Shown here one piece after another: positions 24,256 through 37,635 of a DNA stretch of 64,000 nucleotides. The DNA comes from Phyllobates terribilis (Eukaryota): the NCBI RefSeq assembly GCF_046119375.1, contig NW_027362771.1, forward strand, positions 371,132,001 to 371,196,000, read 5' to 3'. The notes under the pieces were generated by a model that searched no databases, was not told the origin of the DNA, and saw only the letters and a list, made by a program, of their open reading frames with translations. Each line of letters opens with the position of its first letter. Within the stretch, counting starts at the first letter, position 1. The translations under genes were made by a program, and so were the position numbers.

Positions 24256-24590
24256 AAAAGTTTGGGGGATCTAAGAGTGTGGCAACCCAGTAGTCATGAT
24301 TACTTCGAATTCTGACAATATGAGGGTCATGCTGCAGGTAGTGCAGCAAGAAGGCACTTATGTGCCTTGCGCATCTCGGAGCCCCAAAATTATTTTCCGG
24401 GCTAGATGCAGCTAAAAATTATTTTTAATTTTAAATCTGGTGAAGCTTTAGTATAGATGGCCTAATAGGATCAGTGCTGCACACTGCTACAAAGCCCAAA
24501 TTATTTTCCAGTCAAGATACAGATAAACATGATTAGTAATTTGAAAGCTTAAAACGGTTGGTAGGGTGATTTTAACCAATCATCAAGCTT

Positions 24591-27500
24591 TTACTCTCCC
24601 CAGGATGACACAGGGGTAGAAAAGTCGTTTCGGATCCATGATTTGTTCATCTTTATGAACGTGAGTCTGTCTACATTATCAGTGGAGAGCCGCGTGCGCT
24701 TATCTGTCAGCACACCACCAGCAGCGCTGAACACACGTTCAGACAGAACGCTGGCTGCGGGGCATGACAAGATCTCCAAGGCGTAAGTGGCTAGCTCCGG
24801 CCATTTATCCAGATTGGAAGCCCAAAAAGAGCAAGGGTCCAGTGACACAGTCGTGGCTTCAATGTTTACTTGGAGATACTCCTGTACCATCGTCTCTAGG
24901 CGTTGACTATGTGTCAGACTTCTTGTCTCCTGTGGCCTTGCAAAGGATGGGCTAAAAAAGTGGTGAAATGATTCCGCAAAATTGATGTTACCAGCAGATA
25001 CTGTGGTTCTGTTACGGTTTGAGTGCTGAACACTTGACGGTCCCACGGTTGGCAAGTTGGAACTGTGAGATTCACTACGTGCACCACTGGTATTTTGTGG
25101 AAAAGCACATGTAAGATTCTGCAACAGTCTCTGCTGATACTCCTGCATGCGTGCATCCCTTTCTATGGCAGGAATAATTTCTGCAAATTTACTTTTGTAC
25201 CGGGGATCTAACAGTGTGGCAACCCAGTAGTCAGGATTATTTCTAATTCTCACAATTCGAGGGTCATGTTGCAGGTAGTGCAGCAAGAAGGCACTCATGT
25301 GTGTTGCGCATCCAGGAGCACCAAGTCCCTGTTGTGTTGGTGGAGAGGTAACAATCATGCTTCCTTCCTCTGTCCTCTCCTCCCAACCTCGCACAACAGA
25401 AATGTGATCAAGGTCTCCCTCATCTGATGAGTCTTCCATCAGTTCGTCCTCCACTTCTTCCTGGGCTCCTGCACCTTCCTCACTAGTTTGGCTGCTACCA
25501 TGCGCCCTGGTAAAACCATCTCCCCCACCCTCACATGCCTGCCGCCTTGGTGCTGCCGACCGTCTGGACCTTGCAGATGTTAGCCCTTCCGCATACAACT
25601 CCTCCTCCTCTACTTCCTCCACCTCCTCTTGTGCCACCACCTGACTCCGAATTCTGTTTAACATGTGCTCCAGCATGTAAATCACCGGAATAGTCATGCT
25701 GATAATGGCATCGTCAGCACTAAACATCTTCGTCGCCATTTCAAAACTGTGCAGAAGGGTGCATAGGTCCCTGATCTGAGACCACTCCTCCAGCGTGATT
25801 TGCCCCACCTCTGAATCTCGTTGGCCCAGGCTATACGTAAGAACGTATTGCACCAGGGCTTGTCGGTGCTGCCACAGTTGCTGCAACATGTGCAGAGTTG
25901 AATTCCACCGGGTAGGCACATCGCATTTTAGCCGGTGAAGTGGCAGGCCCAACGACTTCTGTAGAGATGTAAGTCGCTGAGCTGCGGGATGCGAACGGCG
26001 GAAGTGAGCACACAGCGACCGTGCCCTCTGCAGAAGGCCATCTAGTCTGGGATAGTGGGCTAAAAATTGCTGGACAACCAGGTTCAACACGTGAGCCATA
26101 CAAGGCACGTGTGTGACATTGCCCCGGCGAAGGGCCGCACCCAGGTTTGCAGCATTGTCGCACACGGCCTTCCCTGGTTTCAGGTCCAGTGGAGACAACC
26201 ATTCATGAAATTGGTTCTCCAGAGCTGACCACAACTCCTCAGCTGTGTGACTCACATTTCCCAGACATTTCAATGTAAAAACCGCCTGATGACGTTGAGC
26301 CCTACTGCCAGCATAGTAAGGAGGTGTGCAGGATCCCTTCTGCGCAGTTAGAAAGCTTGTGGCATGACCAGACAGGCTTTGGGTGCAGGTGGAAGACCGA
26401 GAGGAGGTTGAGGAGGCAGAAGCAGTGGAGGAACTTTGACATAAAGAGGATTGACGCACAACTCGTGGGGACGGCAAGACTTGGACAGCAGCCCCTTGTC
26501 CTGCTGTCACCATAGTTACCCAGTGCCCAGTCAGCGACATGTAACGCCCCTGTCCATGCCTACTCGTCCAAGTGTCTGTGGTGAAATGCACCCTGTCACA
26601 CACAGAGTTTCTCAAAGAAGCGGTGATGTTGTGTGCGACATGCTGGTGGAGCACAGGCACACCTTTCTTTGAGAAGTAGTGCCGACTGGGCATCTGGTAC
26701 TGGGGCACTGCGACGGACATAAGGTCTCGAAAATCCTCTGTGTCCACCAGGCGGAAAGGCAGCATTTCTGTAGCCAAGAGCTTGCAGATGGTGAAATTCA
26801 ACCTCTTAGCTTTCTCATGGCTAGGAGGAAATGGTCTTTTACTTGTCCACATCTGAGGGACCGAGGGCTGGCTATTGTGCTTAGACGGGGTTGATAAGGG
26901 TGTCCCCGGCAAACTGCCGGTCTGTGAGGAAGATGCAGGCGGACATGTTAGGTTGCCTTGATCCAAAGGTGGTGCTATCGATGTCGGACAGCGCTCAACA
27001 CCAGCTGGTGTTACCACCTCCAAAGAAAATGATGACCTGCCAATCACGCTGGCTGTTGCGGGTAAAGAGGTGGCAGGTCTGCGCCCCAAAACAGGTGTGA
27101 CTGCTGTCCCCCCAGTCACAGAGGATGAAGAGGCCGCGGATGCACAAGATATGGCAGACGGTGATTGGCCCGGCCGGCTAGGCCGCATTGTAGCACACTG
27201 AGCTTCCCACTGCAACTTATGCTTCATGTCCATGTGCCGGTTCATGCATGAAGTACTCAAACTATGTATTTTTTGGCCTCTACTTAGCTTTTGCTGACAA
27301 ATGTTACAGATAACACGAGTTCGGTCATCTTTATCGATCTGAAAAAATGCCCAGGCTATGCAAGGCTTAGCACCCATGCGACCTGAAGAGCCACCATGAC
27401 TTGTGGTGAGAGGCAGAGTTGTGTTTGAGGATGCAGTTGTTGACGTGCTTCCAGTACTACGTCTCTGTCCAGGAAGGCGCAACCTGACCTCGTCGTCACT

Positions 27501-28291
27501 AGCATCTTCCTCCACCTCCTCTGCTGAAATCATCTCTTGGCTGACTGTGGGTTGACAGTAAGTGGGATCTCCGACCTCATCATCATCACCCTGTGCGTTA
27601 TCACACCCGGCGTCCTCAGAGCCAACCTGTTCCTGCCCTGACAAAAAACTAAAGTTGTCGCTCCAATCAGGTATTTGAGTCTTATCATCGTCTTCCTCAT
27701 TGTCTCCACCAACAGGAGTTACAGTTTGGGAATGAGGGTCTACATTATGGTCAGAACCTTCTGCGTCTGGTCCTGGATCCGACTCATAAAGATTCTGGGC
27801 ATCAGTGCAGATCATTTCCTCGTCTGGATTCACAGAAGCGCTGGAGTCGACCTCTGATTCCCAGGCTATAGTATGAGTAAACAGCTCTGCAGACTCAACC
27901 ATCTGTTCTACCTCATACTCAGACGGGCAGCTGGAGATTTGGGAGCTGTGAGGAAGCAAGTGCGATTTGGGTGACACCTTTGAGGACTGGAGTATTTGTG
28001 ATGTTGAAGTTGATGTGGAGGAGAGCCCACTTAAAGGAGCACTTGATATCCGTTGAAGCACCTGCTGTTTTTGTGCTCATCTGGAATTTGTAGCGATTGG
28101 CGTGGCCGTATGAAAGGGATCTTATCACATTGTCCGCTAAAAGAAGTAGACATTTTAGTTTGGCTGGAAGATGGTCTTTCTTCTGCAGATGTTACTGTTG
28201 CTTTAACACCTACCCCACGGACACAACCTTTTTTCCCCTTCCCAACACGCCTATTCCCCTTTCCACCAGCAGCAGGCCTTTTTCCACTCAT
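24591..28291 (-). pseudogene. hAT transposase B (~1233 aa if one A is restored at ~28070)
   Basis: ATG at 28291 (MSGKRPAAGG…) joins the 1156-aa ORF by a 1-nt shift in an A5 run. BED finger (WAFF…CNIC…RHMDMKH), FTTDTW, VCDNA, CMAHVLNL, TRWNST, SVLSERVFS. Confidence 0.92.
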
Positions 28292-28399
28292 TTTGGTGGT
28301 TAACTAATTCACAACTCTGGAGTTGTTTGCACAAAAAAACAATGGATGGTAACCGAGCAGAGCTGAGTGGCCAAACTGTGGTATTAGGCCAAAACTATT

Positions 28400-31300
28400 G
28401 GCTGGGTTAGATGCAGAAAAAAATTATTTTGAATTTGCAACCTGATGGAGGTCAGCATAGATGGACTAATACAAATAGTCCCACACACAGCTAGAAGCCC
28501 AAATATTTTTTCAGAGGTACTGTAGATGCAGATAAAAATTTGTTTTAATTTGCAACCTGATGGAGGTCAGTATAGATGGACTAATAGAGAAAGTCCGACA
28601 CACTACTAGAAGGCCAAATATTTTTTCAGAGGTAGATGCAGAAAAAAATATATTCAGTTTGCAACCTGATGGAGGTCAGTATAGATGGACTAATACAAAT
28701 AGTCCCACACACAGCTAGAAGCCCAAATATTTTTTCAGAGGTACTGTAGATGCAGATAAAAATTATTTTTAATTTGCAACCTGATGGAGGTCAGTATAGA
28801 TGGACTAATAGACCAAGTCTCACACACTGCTAGAAGCCCAAATATTTTTTCAGAGCTAGATGCAGAAAAAAATTATTTTTAATTTGCAACCTGATGGAGG
28901 TCAGTATAGATGGACTAATAGACCAAGTCCCACACACCGCTAGAAGCCCAACTATTTTTTCAGAGCTAGATGCAGAAAAAAATTATATTCAATTTGCAAC
29001 CTGCTGGAGGTCAGTATAGAAGGACTAATAGAACAAGTCCCACACACTGCTAGAAGCCCAAATATTTTTTCAGAGCTAAATGAAGAAAAAAATTATTTTT
29101 AATTTGCAACCTGATGGAGGTCAGTATAGATGGACTAATAGACCAAGTCCCACACACTGCTAGAAGCCCAAATATTTTTTCAGAGCTAGATGCAGAAAAA
29201 AATTATTTTTAATTTGCAACCTGATGGAGGTCAGTATAGATGGACTAATAGACCAAGTCCCACACACCGCTAGAAGCCCAAATATTTTTTCAGAGCTAGA
29301 TGCAGAAAAAAATTATTTTTAATTTGCAACCTGATGGAGGTCAGTATAGATGGACTAATAGACCAAGTCCCACACACTGCTAGAAGCCCAAATATTTTTT
29401 CAGAGCTAGATGCAGAAAAAAATTATTTTTAATTTGCAACCTGATGGAGGTCAGTATAGATGGACTAATAGACCAAGTCCCACACACCGCTAGAAGCCCA
29501 AATATTTTTTCAGAGCTAGATGCAGAAAAAAATTATTTTTAATTTGCAACCTGATGGAGGTCAGTATAGATGGACTAATAGACCAAGTCCCACACACTGC
29601 TAGAAGCCCAAATATTTTTTCAGAGCTAGATGCAGAAAAAAATTATTTTTAATTTGCAACCTGATGGAGGTCAGTATAGATGGACTAATAGACCAAGTCC
29701 CACACACCGCTAGAAGCCCAACTATTTTTTCAGAGCTAGATGCAGAAAAAAATTATATTCAATTTGCAACCTGCTGGAGGTCAGTATAGAAGGACTAATA
29801 GAACAAGTCCCACACACTGCTAGAAGCCCAAATATTTTTTCAGAGCTAAATGAAGAAAAAAATTATTTTTAATTTGCAACCTGATGGAGGTCAGTATAGA
29901 TGGACTAATAGACCAAGTCCCACACACTACTAGAAGCCCAAATATTTTTTCAGAGCTAGATGCAGAAAAAAAATATTTTTAATTTGCAACCTGATGGAGG
30001 TCAGTATAGATGGACTAAAAGACCAAGTCCCACACACCGCTAGAAGCCCAACTATTTTTTCAGAGCTAGATGCAGAAAAAAATTATATTCAATTTGCAAC
30101 CTGCTGGAGGTCAGTATAGAAGGACTAATAGAACAAGTCCCACACACTGCTAGAAGCCCAAATATTTTTTCAGAGCTAAATGAAGAAAAAAATTATTTTT
30201 AATTTGCAACCTGATGGAGGTCAGTATAGATGGACTAATAGACCAAGTCCCACACACTGCTAGAAGCTCAAATATTTTTTCAGAGCTAGATGCAGAAAAA
30301 AATTATTTTTAATTTGCAACCTGATGGAGGTCAGTATAGATGGACTAATAGACCAAGTCCCACACACCGCTAGAAGCCCAAATATTTTTTCAGAGCTAGA
30401 TGCAGAAAAAAATTATTTTTAATTTGCAACCTGATGGAGGTCAGTATAGATGGACTAATAGAAAAAGTCCCACACACTGCTAGAAGCCCAAATATTTTTT
30501 CAGAGCTAGATGCAGAAAAAAAATATTTTTAATTTGCAACCTGATGGAGGTCAGTATAGATGGACTAATAGACCAAGTCCCACACACCGCTAGAAGCCCA
30601 ACTATTTTTTCAGAGCTAGATGCAGAAAAAAATTATATTCAATGTGCAACCTGCTGGAGGTCAGTATAGAAGGACTAATAGAACAAGTCCCACACACTGC
30701 TAGAAGCCCAAATATTTTTTCAGAGCTAAATGAAGAAAAAAATTATTTTTAATTTGCAACCTGATGGAGGTCAGTATAGATGGACTAATAGACCAAGTCC
30801 CACACACTGCTAGAAGCCCAAATATTTTTTCAGAGCTAGATGCAGAAAAAAATTATTTTTAATTTGCAACCTGATGGAGGTCAGTATAGATGGACTAATA
30901 GACCAAGTCCCACACACCGCTAGAAGCCCAACTATTTTTTCAGAGCTAGATGCAGAAAAAAATTATATTCAATTTGCAACCTGCTGGAGGTCAGTATAGA
31001 AGGACTAATAGAACAAGTCCCACACACTGCTAGAAGCCCAAATATTTTTTCAGAGCTAAATGAAGAAAAAAATTATTTTTAATTTGCAACCTGATGGAGG
31101 TCAGTATAGATGGACTAATAGACCAAGTCCCACACACTACTAGAAGCCCAAATATTTTTTCAGAGCTAGATGCAGAAAAAAATTATTTTTAATTTGCAAC
31201 CTGATGGAGGTCAGTATAGATGGACTAAAAGACCAAGTCCCACACACCGCTAGAAGCCCAACTATTTTTTCAGAGCTAGATGCAGAAAAAAATTATATTC

Positions 31301-33542
31301 AATTTGCAACCTGCTGGAGGTCAGTATAGAAGGACTAATAGAACAAGTCCCACACACTGCTAGAAGCCCAAATATTTTTTCAGAGCTAAATGAAGAAAAA
31401 AATTATTTTTAATTTGCAACCTGATGGAGGTCAGTATAGATGGACTAATAGACCAAGTCCCACACACTGCTAGAAGCTCAAATATTTTTTCAGAGCTAGA
31501 TGCAGAAAAAAATTATTTTTAATTTGCAACCTGATGGAGGTCAGTATAGATGGACTAATAGACCAAGTCCCACACACCGCTAGAAGCCCAAATATTTTTT
31601 CAGAGCTAGATGCAGAAAAAAATTATTTTTAATTTGCAACCTGATGGAGGTCAGTATAGATGGACTAATAGACCAAGTCCCACACACTGCTAGAAGCCCA
31701 AATATTTTTTCAGAGCTAGATGCAGAAAAAAATTATTTTTAATTTGCAACCTGATGGAGGTCAGTATAGATGGACTAATAGACCAAGTCCCACACACCGC
31801 TAGAAGCCCAAATATTTTTTCAGAGCTAGATGCAGAAAAAAATTATTTTTAATTTGCAACCTGATGGAGGTCAGTATAGATGGACTAATAGACCAAGTCC
31901 CACACACTGCTAGAAGCCCAAATATTTTTTCAGAGCTAGATGTAGAAAAAAAATATTTTTAATTTGCAACCTGATGGAGGTCAGTATAGATGGACTAATA
32001 GACCAAGTCCCACACACCGCTAGAAGCCCAACTATTTTTTCAGAGCTAGATGCAGAAAAAAATTATATTCAATGTGCAACCTGCTGGAGGTCAGTATAGA
32101 AGGACTAATAGAACAAGTCCCACACACTGCTAGAAGCCCAAATATTTTTTCAGAGCTAAATGAAGAAAAAAATTATTTTTAATTTGCAACCTGATGGAGG
32201 TCAGTATAGATGGACTAATAGACCAAGTCCCACACACTGCTAGAAGCCCAAATATTTTTTCAGAGCTAGATGCAGAAAAAAATTATTTTTAATTTGCAAC
32301 CTGATGGAGGTCAGTATAGATGGACTAATAGACCAAGTCCCACACACCGCTAGAAGCCCAACTATTTTTTCAGAGCTAGATGCAGAAAAAAATTATTTTT
32401 AATTTGCAACCTGATGGAGGTCAGTATAGATGGACTAATAGACCAAGTCCCACACACCGCTAGAAGCCCAAATATTTTTTCAGAGCTAGATGCAGAAAAA
32501 AATTATTTTTAATTTGCAACCTGATGGAGGTCAGTATAGATGGACTAATAGACCAAGTCCCACACACTGCTAGAAGCCCAAATATTTTTTCAGAGCTAGA
32601 TGCAGAAAAAAATTATTTTTAATTTGCAACCTGATGGAGGTCAGTATAGATGGACTAATAGACCAAGTCCCACACACCGCTAGAAGCCCAAATATTTTTT
32701 CAGAGCTAGATGCAGAAAAAAATTATTTTTAATTTGCAACCTGATGGAGGTCAGTATAGATGGACTAATAGACCAAGTCCCACACACTGCTAGAAGCCCA
32801 AATATTTTTTCAGAGCTAGATGTAGAAAAAAAATATTTTTAATTTGCAACCTGATGGAGGTCAGTATAGATGGACTAATAGACCAAGTCCCACACACCGC
32901 TAGAAGCCCAACTATTTTTTCAGAGCTAGATGCAGAAAAAAATTATATTCAATGTGCAACCTGCTGGAGGTCAGTATAGAAGGACTAATAGAACAAGTCC
33001 CACACACTGCTAGAAGCCCAAATATTTTTTCAGAGCTAAATGAAGAAAAAAATTATTTTTAATTTGCAACCTGATGGAGGTCAGTATAGATGGACTAATA
33101 GACCAAGTCCCACACACTGCTAGAAGCCCAAATATTTTTTCAGAGCTAGATGCAGAAAAAAATTATTTTTAATTTGCAACCTGATGGAGGTCAGTATAGA
33201 TGGACTAATAGACCAAGTCCCACACACCGCTAGAAGCCCAACTATTTTTTCAGAGCTAGATGCAGAAAAAAATTATATTCAATTTGCAACCTGCTGGAGG
33301 TCAGTATAGAAGGACTAATAGAACAAGTCCCACACACTGCTAGAAGCCCAAATATTTTTTCAGAGCTAAATGAAGAAAAAAATTATTTTTAATTTGCAAC
33401 CTGATGGAGGTCAGTATAGATGGACTAATAGACCAAGTCCCACACACTGCTAGAAGCCCAAATATTTTTTCAGAGCTAGATGCAGAAAAAAATTATATTC
33501 AGTTTGCAACCTGATGGAGGTCAGTATAGATGGACTAATAGA
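28400..33542. repeat. 110-bp AT-rich satellite array, ~46 copies, inside element B
   Basis: AATTTGCAAC recurs every 110 bp (e.g. 29101, 29211); diagnostic variants recur at multiples of 110. Confidence 0.95.
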
Positions 33543-34033
33543 ATGATGCTATGCCCAAAAGATTTTACTTCACTAGGTGCAGTAAAAAAATTGGTATTCT
33601 ATACACAGGTGTTATATCTTGCAACACAGATAGGCTACTCCACTGACTAACACACTCTGCAATAGGCCAAAAAGGATTAGCTTTGCTAGATTCAGCCAAA
33701 TGCTGTGAAAAAAACTTGCACAGCACTGGCACAGACCTGCCTGGCAAAAACTGATAGGAACTGATGTAACCTAGCCCTGAAAAGGACTCCAATTACAATT
33801 AGTCTTTACTCCCACAACCTATCTATTTAAGAGCACAGACCTCCCTGATAAAAGTCGTAGGAAATGCTGTAACCTAGTCCTTAAAAGGACTGCAATCACA
33901 ACTATTCCCTACTCCCAAGCTATCTGTATATTTGTGCGAAAATTGGCTTGAAATTAACAAGGTATAGCGCACACAGCAACAGCGGTGCCGTCTAACACGC
34001 AGCTGCAGCAGTGAGAAAATGGTGGCGACGGGG

Positions 34034-34082
34034 AAAATGGCTTGGTCTTATAGGGCAAGGACATGTGACATACACTGCCAAT
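34034..34082 (-). promoter_or_regulatory. Putative transposase promoter of element B
   Basis: On the minus strand: ATTGG (34082), TATAAG (34052), GCCATTTT (34041). Confidence 0.45.
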
Positions 34083-34459
34083 GACACATGCCCTTGCTTG
34101 TGTGAAAAAAAGCACTTCGCTCCGTGTGTGCGCTGCTGATAGGCTGACAGATTGCACCTCCCCACTGCAAATGCGGGAAAGAGAAAAAAAAATGGAGATC
34201 TTCATTGTTCCTGCAGAGATCCATCCCCTGCCCCTCCCCCCACCCCGCTGTACACTCAAACTGCGTATTAACATTAATTTTCATCATTACTGAGAAAAAA
34301 TCCAGTTATGATTTTGGTGCACGAACAGTTATCGAACATAACCTCGAACAGCCGAATTTTTCTCAAATTGTTCGTGTTCGCCGAACGGCTCGAACACCGC
34401 CCAAAACAGCTCGAATTTGAGATTAGCGAACAGTTCGAGTAGAACAACGCTCATCTCTA

Positions 34460-35996
34460 GTCAGGATATAAAGTTAAAACAGCTAAAACGGAGGCATTAC
34501 CCCTGAACTTTATCCCCCAAGTCCTTGATCACTTGAAATCAAACTACAAATTCCATTGGAAAACAGATGAAATTAAATATCTAGGAGTCAACCTTTCCTC
34601 ATCCTATAACACCCTATATGCTAGGAATTTCCCATCCCTATTTAGAGAGCTGAAAAACTTGCTAACAAAATGGAAATCTATTTCAATCTCTATGATGGGG
34701 AGAATAGCCTCGGTCAAGATGTCTCTCCTCCCTAAATTAATTATCACTTTGAGACCCTTCCGGTGAGAGTCCCTATGGGAGAACTCAAATCCCTTCACGC
34801 AGCAATAATGAGATTTATATGAAATGATAAAAGACATAGAATAGCCAAACAAATCTTAACCAGTCACAGAAATCAGGGAGGTATGTCGGTACCAGATGTT
34901 ATTAAGTATTATTGGGCGGTTCATCTCAGAAGGGTTCCCTCGTGGGCTTCGTTATGGGCATACAATAAATGGACTGAAATAGAGAAGTTATGGCTGGCTC
35001 CCACTCATCCAAACGCCCTGCTTTGGACCAGTAGACCCTTAAAGATAAGTCGTCCCCTTTTGGGTCCTATCAGGTTCACAAGGGAAATATGGCAGACCTA
35101 TGATAAGAGATTTGAACTAACTTCCCCAAGATCGCCAATGATATCCTTCATATATCAACCGCTAATTCCAAATAGCTTGAGCTCGGACATGGTGCTCCCA
35201 TGGATAAAAGCAGGCCTTTTTAGATTTGCAGACCTGGTGGATGGAACCTCATTGGAATTACACACTTTTGACCACATTAAAGCTAACTTTAGAATAACAA
35301 ACAGGGAATTCTTTCAATTTATGCAGATTAAATCTTTTGCAGTCAAAAAAGGGTCTGATATCGGACATATATGGTCTAATTAACACTCCCCGGGGGGATC
35401 CACCTCCTAAACACTCATACACAACTAAATGGAAGAGGTTTCTGGGAAAGGAACTAACACCGCAGTGTTGGCAGTCCATCTGGGATAAAGCATCCAAAAC
35501 CTCTCTTTGCACTTTGTACAAGGAGAACCAATATAAATTAATGATGTTTTGGTATCATACCCCTGAACTACTACACAAATTAAACCCCTCTGTCCCGGAT
35601 GGATGCTGACGATGTGGAGCTGCTACGGGGTCCCTTATCCACATTTTCTGGACATGCCCTATCCTGACCCCAATATGGGAAAATGTCAGATCCCTCCTGC
35701 GGGAAGTATTGTTCACTGAAATCCCTCTAGACCCGGCTATATATTTATTAAATGTTACTCCTAGAGGGATGGGTAAAAACTCCTCAAAGCTGCTTCTCCA
35801 CATCCTAACAGCAGCTAGATGCCTCATAGCTCTTCATTGGAAAAAAATGCTCCCCCCCTCTAATAGAGATCTACTAAGTAGAATTGCGGATATACGAAGA
35901 ATGGAACACCTGATGGCAGTAATAAACGCCAAATTAGATGTATTCAATAAGGTGTGGGGACCATGGGACTATTACTGGGCCCAATTTAATACCTGA
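34460..35996 (+). pseudogene. L1 ORF2 C-terminal segment, frameshifted
   Basis: SGYKVKTAKTEALPL, IKYLGV, GRIASVKMSLLPKL, GGMSVPD, and a cysteine-rich motif C*RCG…HIFWTCP near 35600-35660. Confidence 0.88.
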
Positions 35997-36384
35997 TATT
36001 TGTTCAAGGAAAGGAGAACAGAGTTTACTGCTGAAATCTTCCAGTATTTTGCCTTATTACCCTTCCCCTTCCCCCTGTTGTTTTCTTGTCTGTGTCATAA
36101 AGGTTTGTAGTGTTTCTGAAATTGTAAACAAATATAGATTATAGCAAATGACTGAGTAAGTGAGCAGCTCCTACAGTTACACCAACTATGGAGATATTCA
36201 GCTCCTCGTATAATAGTGCATGGACTAAACACTGTTTATTAGAAGACTACAAGAAGAACGCAGATAAGTGTATGATCCATAGCAGATTTCCAACATGCTC
36301 TATTAATTTCAGTTTATGAGTTATTTCTTTGGTTCTATTGTTAAACCTATAAATTTTCAATAAAATTTACAGTATTAAAAAAAA

Positions 36385-36680
36385 GAGATAACTTCCCAAT
36401 TGCTAGTTGACAAACCGATGGGACCCCCTCCAATCCTGAGAACTGGGGTTCTGAAGTGTGAATAAAGTAGAGATCAATCATGAGCACTGATGCTCCATTA
36501 ATTCTTATGGGAGCGTCGAAAAGCACAGAGCACAGCTATCTCCACCAGTTCCATTAAGAATAAATCGAGCAACAGTACCCATGATTGACCTACCATTCCT
36601 TTCGGATCCCCAGTGAATGAAAAGTTATCCCCTTTCTCATAGATGGATAAGGGATAACTTTAAAACTTGAGAACACCACT
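36385..36680. mobile_element. Partial T2/Kolobok-type MITE, probably the L1 insertion target
   Basis: AGTTATCCCC…GGGATAACT internal palindrome and …CCACT|TTAA end resemble the MITE at 59148-59531; the left part is absent at the L1 tail. Confidence 0.45.
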
Positions 36681-37056
36681 TTAAAGTGTCCTTATACTTT
36701 AAATTATTCCATGTACATAAATGGTTAACTCAGCTAAATTTTTATAGTTTCAAATGAGAGAGAGGCGAAAGCCGCTGCCCTCCCTCTTTCCCCTTGACAT
36801 CATTTGATATCATAGATGTGTTAAATTTAGTGGTAAATGTTCTGTAAGAAATTGTACATTTTCTTAACTTACAAGATAGACTTTATCAGTTTCTACATTA
36901 CTTCATTCCAATAGATTACATCAAATTTTTTGGCTAACACGGTACCACAATATAACTTTGTATTGTACTTCATTCCAGTAGGAAATACTTGATGCCATTC
37001 AGGTTATACCCATTTTTGATGGCCCATTGGTGCACTCTTATAAGTGGTCTGCTTAC

Positions 37057-37635
37057 CTTCTGTACTAGATGAACAGGAAACTGGGTCACTGGTGGATCGG
37101 ACTATACTGGCAATCCGATATCTTTTGACATGATGCTGCTGGGCTGTCTTTTCCTTCTGTCCTGAGTGAGGTGTTGGATTAATTGGTAATGCGCTTGGTG
37201 ATGGTTGGCATTGTCCAGGTGTTTGGCTGAACACACCACAGCACATTTTTATAGGTTTCAATGAGACTTTCCTTTCTTTTGTCGACAATTGAGATTCTCT
37301 TTCAGGAGTGCTCAGATTCTGAGATGACGAGTCCAAAGATCTGGACTGAGTATAATTATCACAGTCTTGCCATTGTGATCTGTCTGTTGATGCTCTGCTT
37401 CCATCCTCGTCTGGTGAACACTGAGAATTGGTGAGATGAAGGCCACAGCGGAGACTATGCTCCAAACTGGCACAGCTACTTTCTGTGGCTGCTGTGCGAA
37501 TAGTGCTATATGGAGAAAAGTCTGCAGAACGCAAAGAACCCTGAACCTCTAAAGAACAAAGGTCTTCTGATGAGCAGCTATGAGCAGGGATGTCAGCTAT
37601 TTCCGATACCAGAATGGAGGTGCTGTCCACAGACA
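37057..37635 (-). CDS. Internal coding exon of an unidentified host gene (193 codons, Ser-rich)
   Basis: Open frame in unique sequence; acceptor TTTTACATTGTAG| and donor GAAG|GTAAGC; 579 bp, phase 1-1. Confidence 0.65.

Larger units (their letters stand above)
20836..34459 (-). mobile_element. hAT element B (13.6 kb, transposase-bearing, apparent cargo)
   Basis: Ends TAGTGTTGAGC (20836) and GCTCATCTCTA (34459). Perfect TSD GTCAGGAT at 20828-20835 and 34460-34467. GTTCG/CGAAC subterminal repeats. Confidence 0.93.
1..36384 (+). mobile_element. LINE-1 retrotransposon (5' end outside window), interrupted by hAT elements C and B
   Basis: ORF1, then ORF2 EN, RT and C-terminal segments are colinear once 2310-19470 and 20836-34467 are removed (…NMNSV|SSPTVLREAHKAVMRG…; …YGLMSG|YKVKTAKTEALPL…). 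AATAAA at 36359 is followed by an A-tract at 36377-36384. Confidence 0.92.

Noticed and set aside
28400-33542. CRISPR-like array
   Set aside because: Whole 110-bp units repeat with no unique spacers, no cas genes are present, and the context is eukaryotic.
37560-37580. Other CTGATGA motifs (also ~8952, ~19153, ~25424) as hammerheads
   Set aside because: No stem II/GAAA/stem I arrangement follows them; most lie in coding sequence.
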